The notes under the pieces are model-generated. The model was not told the DNA's origin. It did no database searches and saw nothing but the letters and a program-made list of their open reading frames with translations. Source: Candidatus Saccharimonadales bacterium (GTDB lineage Bacteria > Patescibacteriota > Saccharimonadia > Saccharimonadales > Saccharimonadaceae). Taken from it: a stretch of DNA of 64,000 nt. Shown here piece by piece: positions 58,795-64,000 of the stretch. The DNA is taken from NCBI GenBank assembly GCA_049644865.1, contig JBARSV010000019.1, positions 31,196 to 95,195 of the forward strand. Direction: 5' to 3'. How positions within the stretch are numbered: position 1 is the stretch's first letter; each line of letters starts with the position of its first letter. The position numbers were made by a program, and so were the translations under genes.

Positions 58795-60075
58795 ATGGTG
58801 GTGCGACGACGCCAGGCGCATACTCTCGGTGCAGAGGGTGCAGAGGGCAGGGTGGCGCGTAAGCATCGGCCTGATTACCGTATCGTGCTATTTATGGGGT
58901 TGCTAGTGCTGGTCGGTTTGGTGGTATTGTTTGCGATCAGCCCCTATCAGATCCACCGCATCAACAATGACGGGGGTAGTATAGACCAGAGTCACTTTAT
59001 GCTCAAACAGTTATTGTATCTCGGGATTGGGCTATCGACCTTTGCTATGTCAGCCTTGGTACCGATGGATGTTTGGAAACGATTTGCAAATAAATTAGTA
59101 CTCGCTGCTCTTGGACTGTGTCTCGTATTGGCGCTGTTGGGGGCTATGAACACGGCTCCAGCGATGTGTTTCAACGGTGCGTGTCGGTGGTTTGATCTCG
59201 GTTTCACCTCATTTCAGCCTGCAGAATTTCTCAAGTTTGGGTTGCTGATTTTTACGGCTGTCTTTTTGGCTCAACGCATGAAAAAGGGCAGTGTCAGTGA
59301 TCTGAACGACACCTTGATACCGCTGGGTGTTGTTGTAGCCGTTGCAACGGTATTTGTCGTTGGTTTACAGAAAGACATGGGGACGGGCATCACAATGATT
59401 GGTATTGTTGTGACGATGTTGATTGTTGCGGGGCTAAATATTCGCATGCTGCTGTTTGCGGGGTTGACGGGGTTGGCTATTGCGGCGATGTTTATCATCA
59501 CCTCACCACATAGGTTGGAGCGCATCATGACGTTTGCCAACGCCGAAACAGTGACAGATGCCTCGAGTTATCATATTGAGATGGCTAAAATAGCTATTGG
59601 TAGTGGGGGCTTTTTTGGACGTGGGCTTGCGGGTGGTGTGCAGGCGTTTGGTTATTTGCCCGAGGCATTGAATGACTCGATATTTGCCGTCTTAGGAGAG
59701 ATATTTGGCTTTGGTGGCTTACTGGTGATTATGGGGCTGTTCGCGGCGCTACTCAGACGAGTTATCGGCATGGCTGATATGCTTGATGACCCAATGATGA
59801 AATTACTGGCAGCAGGTGTCTTCGGTTGGCTTGGGACGCATGTTGTGATAAATATTGGATCAATGACAGGTATTTTTCCGCTGACGGGCGTTACGTTGCC
59901 ATTTCTGAGTTTTGGCGGCACAAGTTTGTTGTTTATGATGGCCGCACTTGGTATTGTGTATCATATATCACGGTACACCACTCATAACCTGGCATCAGAA
60001 AGGAGCGCAGATGAGACTTCTCGCAGCGGGCGGCGGCTCAGGCGGACACGTCACACCAGTTCTGGCCGTTATTAA
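58795..60075 (+). CDS. ftsW: SEDS-family peptidoglycan polymerase FtsW/RodA
   Basis: 426 aa from ATG 58795 (the track ORF extends upstream into mraY); ~10 TM helices; GVTLPFLSFGGTSL motif. Confidence 0.88.
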   Translation: MVVRRRQAHTLGAEGAEGRVARKHRPDYRIVLFMGLLVLVGLVVLFAISPYQIHRINNDGGSIDQSHFMLKQLLYLGIGLSTFAMSALVPMDVWKRFANKLVLAALGLCLVLALLGAMNTAPAMCFNGACRWFDLGFTSFQPAEFLKFGLLIFTAVFLAQRMKKGSVSDLNDTLIPLGVVVAVATVFVVGLQKDMGTGITMIGIVVTMLIVAGLNIRMLLFAGLTGLAIAAMFIITSPHRLERIMTFANAETVTDASSYHIEMAKIAIGSGGFFGRGLAGGVQAFGYLPEALNDSIFAVLGEIFGFGGLLVIMGLFAALLRRVIGMADMLDDPMMKLLAAGVFGWLGTHVVINIGSMTGIFPLTGVTLPFLSFGGTSLLFMMAALGIVYHISRYTTHNLASERSADETSRSGRRLRRTRHTSSGRY

Positions 60076-61171
60076 TGAGCTCCAACGGTTGGACGATCGC
60101 CTCGAAGTCATGTTCGTGTGCGATAGGGCTTTTGAGGCCCAATCTCGAGGCATCATGAAGCATGCACAGGTCTCTGTAGCTGTCACCACCATACCGGCAG
60201 GCAAATTACGACGATACCATGGCGAGAGTATATGGCAGCGACTGGTTGATGTTCGTACAATCGGTCTCAATATTCGCGACGGGTTCAAGATCATAGGTGG
60301 TTTTGGAAAAAGTATCTGGGTTCTATGGCGGTTTCGGCCTGATGTGGTGTTTGCGAAAGGCGGTTTTGTCTGTTTGCCACTCGGGCTAGCGGCACGGCTA
60401 CTTCGTGTGCCAATTGTTATTCATGACTCTGACACCAGGCCTGGGCTGACCAATACCGTCTTGGCGCGATTTGCTGATCGAATTGCGACCGGATCACCAC
60501 TGGAAAATTACCGCTATGATCGATCACGTAGTACTTATACGGGAGTTCCGATTGATGCGGCGTTTCGTCCGTTGTCGAGTGATCAGCAGCGAGCTGCAAA
60601 AGCTGCGATCGGTGTTATTGATCTCACTGCACCGCTCATCGTGGTTACTGGTGGTGGGCTAGGTGCGCGTAGTATCAATGAAGCGATGGTGAGGGCAGGG
60701 GAAGCTCTCGTGCGCGCAGGCGTTCATATCTATCACATTACTGGCAAGAAGCACTACGACGATTTGAAGGATCGTGTGCCAGATCATCCGCACTACACAG
60801 TAGTTTCATTTGTCTATAATGATATGCCGCTGGTGCTTGGGGCGGCTGATGTGGTCGTGGCGCGGGGGAGTGCAACGTTTTTGCAGGAACTTGCTGGACT
60901 GGCAAAACCGGTGATTGCGGTGCCAGCCTCTCAGCTCGGGGATCAAGTAAAAAATGCAGCCGTCTATCGTGAGGCGGAGGCGGCAATCGTTGTGACTGAT
61001 CATGATATAACAGAGACTGATGCCCTAAAAGAGACGATTATGGCGCTGATAAAAGATGCGTCGCTCCGTGAAAAGTTGTCGCGTAATTTACATCGTTTTG
61101 CAAAACCGCGAGCAGCTGTGACACTAGCAGAGATGATCATTGATGTACATCATAAGAAAACACGAGGCTAG
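60011..61171 (+). CDS. murG: UDP-GlcNAc:lipid I N-acetylglucosamine transferase
   Basis: 386 aa from ATG 60011, preceded by AAGGAG; AAGGGSGGHVTPVLAV; overlaps the ftsW 3' end by 65 nt. Confidence 0.88.
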   Translation: MRLLAAGGGSGGHVTPVLAVINELQRLDDRLEVMFVCDRAFEAQSRGIMKHAQVSVAVTTIPAGKLRRYHGESIWQRLVDVRTIGLNIRDGFKIIGGFGKSIWVLWRFRPDVVFAKGGFVCLPLGLAARLLRVPIVIHDSDTRPGLTNTVLARFADRIATGSPLENYRYDRSRSTYTGVPIDAAFRPLSSDQQRAAKAAIGVIDLTAPLIVVTGGGLGARSINEAMVRAGEALVRAGVHIYHITGKKHYDDLKDRVPDHPHYTVVSFVYNDMPLVLGAADVVVARGSATFLQELAGLAKPVIAVPASQLGDQVKNAAVYREAEAAIVVTDHDITETDALKETIMALIKDASLREKLSRNLHRFAKPRAAVTLAEMIIDVHHKKTRG

Positions 61172-61173
61172 AG

Positions 61174-62094
61174 ATGGCATTTCGTTCCAGACGCATCCGC
61201 GAGAAAGAACAAGTTCGTCAGCCATCGGTGCAGACAGAGACAAACCGGTATCTCTTTCGTCGTAGCCGTACACTGACGGGTAGCAGTTCAGCACAAGTCA
61301 TTTCGGCTAACGAGGCGGGTTCGCAGTTGATATCGCCACGCCACAAGACAACAGGCTTGAAAGCTCGTCGGCGTCACATAGGGTTACTTCTAATCGTTTC
61401 ACTTATTGCCGTTGCTTTGGTCGCGTGGCTGTTTGATCAATTGATCACTGCACCGTCAATTGTTTTTCAACCGAGCTCCGTGACCGCATCGCATGATCGC
61501 TACCAACAGCTTGTACAAGATTATCTCAATGAACATCCACTCGAACGGTTTCAATTTGCGCTTAACCGCGACCAGTTTAGCTATGCTATGGTGCAACGAG
61601 CTCCGGAGCTCGCCTCAGCAGTTCTTCGCAATGAAGCTGGTGTAATGAGTGCTTCGGTTGTCCTCGGTGCTCGCCAACCTGTTGCCAGGTGGCAGATAGG
61701 CGACAGACAGTATCTCGTCGATAGTAGTGGTATTTCATTTGAGAAGAATTTGCTTGCCGACCCAAAAATTTCCGTACGAGACATGACTGGTTTACCAGCG
61801 GTATCGCAACAGATCATAGCTTCTACAAAGATGATGACATTTATTGGTCGGGTAGTGGGTGGGGTTGAGGCGCAGCTTGGCACCGTGAAGGAGATTGTCA
61901 TACCGTCAGGGACACTCAAGGAGGTTGATCTACTATTTGATGATCGCCCCTATCTGATAAAGCTCAATATTGATCGTGAGCCCCTCGGGCAGGTGGCGGA
62001 TATTATCGCCGCAGTGCAACACATACAAGCGCGTGGTATCACCCCGCAGTATGTTGATGTACGGGTCGAAGGCAAAGCGTTTTATAAGCAATAG
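61174..62094 (+). CDS. ftsQ: cell-division protein FtsQ/DivIB-like (POTRA)
   Basis: 306 aa; basic N-terminus, one TM helix, then a POTRA-like region; dcw position. Confidence 0.65.
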   Translation: MAFRSRRIREKEQVRQPSVQTETNRYLFRRSRTLTGSSSAQVISANEAGSQLISPRHKTTGLKARRRHIGLLLIVSLIAVALVAWLFDQLITAPSIVFQPSSVTASHDRYQQLVQDYLNEHPLERFQFALNRDQFSYAMVQRAPELASAVLRNEAGVMSASVVLGARQPVARWQIGDRQYLVDSSGISFEKNLLADPKISVRDMTGLPAVSQQIIASTKMMTFIGRVVGGVEAQLGTVKEIVIPSGTLKEVDLLFDDRPYLIKLNIDREPLGQVADIIAAVQHIQARGITPQYVDVRVEGKAFYKQ

Positions 62095-62130
62095 GTGGTT
62101 GTGTTGTTAACCCCTGACCTGTTATAATAA

Positions 62131-62153
62131 TGTTCTATTTATGTTCTATATAG
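62131..62153. repeat. 23-bp direct repeat copy 1 (two TGTTCTA words 11 bp apart)
   Basis: TGTTCTATTTATGTTCTATATAG; 22/23 identical to 62705-62727. Confidence 0.8.
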
Positions 62154-62330
62154 AGGGTAACAATGAGTGAAGGGAAAAACTATATAAAAATATACATTTA
62201 TATAAAAGTCAAATAGTAGGGAATAGCAGGGGCGTGAAATAATTTTGTGAAATGTCAAACAAATACAACGCGCATGCACAACAATGATGTGGAAAAGTCA
62301 TTACCAGCAACGATCAGTGGCGGCATGGAG

Positions 62331-62393
62331 AATAGTAAATAGTAAATAGTAAATAGTAAATAGTAAATAGTAAATGGTAAATGGTAAATAGTG
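62331..62393. repeat. heptamer array (AATAGTA)6 (AATGGTA)2 AATAGTG
   Basis: Nine period-7 units counted base by base. Confidence 0.9.
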
Positions 62394-62704
62394 GCATCAC
62401 GACGACACGAAGACAATAATAGATGGATATTCCCCTGTTAGGGGGCTCAGAAGAGGTATAACAACTCATCTATCAATACTATATCGCATATCGTAAAAGA
62501 TATATTGTGCGACACGAACAATATACATCACTTTTTACTATTGGAGCCATGTTTTCTCTCGCCTATGATGAGATTTATTTGAGCATTGCCTGCTATTTTA
62601 TACGTCTATGCTACGCTATGCCCGGCTGTTGTCACCGGTGTCGTTTTTTACAACTATTGGTGTCGAATATAGTTAGTAATAACCAGAGTCAATACCATAA
62701 TTAG

Positions 62705-62727
62705 TGTTCTAATTATGTTCTATATAG
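62705..62727. repeat. 23-bp direct repeat copy 2
   Basis: TGTTCTAATTATGTTCTATATAG. Confidence 0.8.
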
Positions 62728-62771
62728 TTAGTATTACTATCTAAGGACGAAGTTGATGTCTAATAACAGGT

Positions 62772-64000
62772 CTATCGCAGACGAAGCTCGTGGTCGTTGG
62801 AGGATGGACGCGGTGTGACTGGAGCTGGAGACGATTGCTGATGGGCTGGAAGAGACACAGCTCGTTGATGAGACTCTGCAGGCCGCACAGGGGCTGATGG
62901 TCCTCGGGAGGCTTCAGGAGTACCAGGATTATCTTTTTTACGGCGGGAACGGCTACGAGAACGTTTACGTTTTGGCTCTGATGGTTCGTGTGGTTCGTCG
63001 TGTGACGCGGGAAATGCCTGCTGGACTGATTGTGATGGCTGAGGAGTAATTACTGAAGGCGGCTGTGGGGCAACGGGACCCACTAATTTGGGCGCAGCGT
63101 CATCACGCGTGGCAACTGAGGTAGCACCCTGAATTGGCCAGGCTTTTGGCAGGGCTTGTTGGGCGGCGGGTGTCATGCTCGAAGCAATACGGTTATGGAT
63201 CTCCTGCTCTACTACTGCACGGTCACGTGCAAACATGGTGCGCGAGAACTCGATAATCTCTTGTAGATGCCCCTGGCCCTCTTCTGTTGCCGATGGTAGT
63301 GCAAGGGTTGTACCACTAAAAGCTGGGGTCTTCTCTCCCCTGATGACCATATTGGCAATAAAATTGCGGTTGTGCATCTGCAAGAGGTCATTGGCTTCAA
63401 ATTGTGGCTCAAATTGCTTGACGAGGAAGGGCGCGTCATCGGCGCTGACCCGGAAGCTGATCATGGTGCCGACGTTGCCAAACACGGCGTCACGCACGAC
63501 TTCGCCCATCTGGGCGATGTATTGGTTGGCCACCGTCAAATTGAGGCCGTATTTACGTGCCTCAGACAAGATAGTCGCAAAACTATCAGTTGCGAAGTTT
63601 TGAAACTCATCAACGTAGAGGTAAAATGGTGTACGGTCTTCGACATTTGGTATATCACTGCGGCTCATGGCGGCCAGTTGCACCTTGGTGACGATAAATG
63701 CGCCGAGAATACCGGCGTTGTCTTCGCCGATCAGCCCCTTGCTGAGGTTGACAACAAGTATCTTGCGTTCATCCATGAGCTTACGGATATTGAAGGTGCT
63801 TTTGGGCTGGCCAATGATATTGCGGATAATCGGGTTGGCAGTGAACGCTCCGACTTTGTTAAGTACCGGCGCGACGGCTTCGGCTTGAAATTTGTCGTTC
63901 CAGCTGGCAAATTCGATATTCCAGAAATTCATAACTACCGTGTCAGTACAGGTCGCCAGCACTTCCTTACGGAACTTTTTGTCAGTCAGCATGCGGGTAA
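62772..64000 (-). CDS. type IV secretion coupling protein (TraD/VirD4-like), C-terminal part; the 5' end lies beyond the window
   Basis: The reading frame is open to the window edge; Walker B-type YLYVDEFQNF, SEARKYGLNLTVANQYIAQ; ~150-aa P/S/R-rich tail. Confidence 0.8.
   Translation of the reverse strand, partial: TRMLTDKKFRKEVLATCTDTVVMNFWNIEFASWNDKFQAEAVAPVLNKVGAFTANPIIRNIIGQPKSTFNIRKLMDERKILVVNLSKGLIGEDNAGILGAFIVTKVQLAAMSRSDIPNVEDRTPFYLYVDEFQNFATDSFATILSEARKYGLNLTVANQYIAQMGEVVRDAVFGNVGTMISFRVSADDAPFLVKQFEPQFEANDLLQMHNRNFIANMVIRGEKTPAFSGTTLALPSATEEGQGHLQEIIEFSRTMFARDRAVVEQEIHNRIASSMTPAAQQALPKAWPIQGATSVATRDDAAPKLVGPVAPQPPSVITPQPSQSVQQAFPASHDEPHEPSEPKRKRSRSRSRRKKDNPGTPEASRGPSAPVRPAESHQRAVSLPAHQQSSPAPVTPRPSSNDHELRLR

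Noticed and set aside
62507-62704. 65-aa GTG-start ORF in the AT-rich spacer
   Set aside because: It has no SD and a Cys/Leu/Tyr-rich improbable composition, and it ends inside the 23-bp direct repeat.

Overview
64-kb window with about 60 protein genes, one intact tRNA and one IS element. All calls are by-eye motif recognition; no searches were run. The gene content suggests a small-genome monoderm-type bacterium, possibly Patescibacteria/CPR (Saccharibacteria-like). That guess rests on a lower-glycolysis block, a minimal dcw cluster without mur ligases, sortase-substrate surface proteins, many small orphan genes and a type IV coupling protein, and it is inference only. Layout: 0-11.1 kb (minus strand) holds pcrA/uvrD, tpiA, pgk, pyk and ppsA, ending in a 2-hydroxyacid-dehydrogenase::phosphoglycerate-mutase fusion. 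11.1-11.9 kb is an ORF-free tract with tRNA-Asp, tRNA fragments, an interrupted tRNA-Glu-like relic and two identical 92-bp repeats. 12-14.4 kb is a GC-rich islet with a small overlapping gene pair and a umuDC-like cassette. 14.5-17.4 kb encodes two sortase-signal surface proteins, and 17.5-18.5 kb is an IS481-like element. 19-28 kb is housekeeping (RNA methyltransferase, xseAB, recO, glyQS) interrupted by a GC-rich sensor-less histidine kinase, a structured spacer and a receiver. 28-47.5 kb is an accessory-type block: an NYN protein, a tight SRPBCC-kinase-RidA-TfoX-CPBP operon, Doc and VapC toxin-antitoxin pairs, a SLOG-like protein, Rnk, several orphans, an MMPL transporter, a PIF1-like helicase and two paralogous 2+2-TM membrane proteins, interleaved with tyrA and pheA. 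48-53 kb holds an LssY-like protein, a GH1 glycosidase, YvcK, a HAD hydrolase and GalU. 53.5-62.1 kb is mraZ-rsmH-ftsL-ftsI-mraY-ftsW-murG-ftsQ. 62.1-62.8 kb is an AT-rich spacer with iteron-like repeats, and 62.8-64 kb is the 3' part of a type IV coupling protein gene. The strongest second-look candidates are: (1) the recurrent membrane-protein module, coupled once to an orphan protein and once to a PIF1-like helicase; (2) the repeat/tRNA-fragment tract at tRNA-Asp; (3) tandem heptanucleotide and 14-mer repeats at five loci, one inside a CDS; (4) a displaced glyQS 3' end; (5) GC-rich islets with consensus promoters. None of the functional hypotheses could be verified here.
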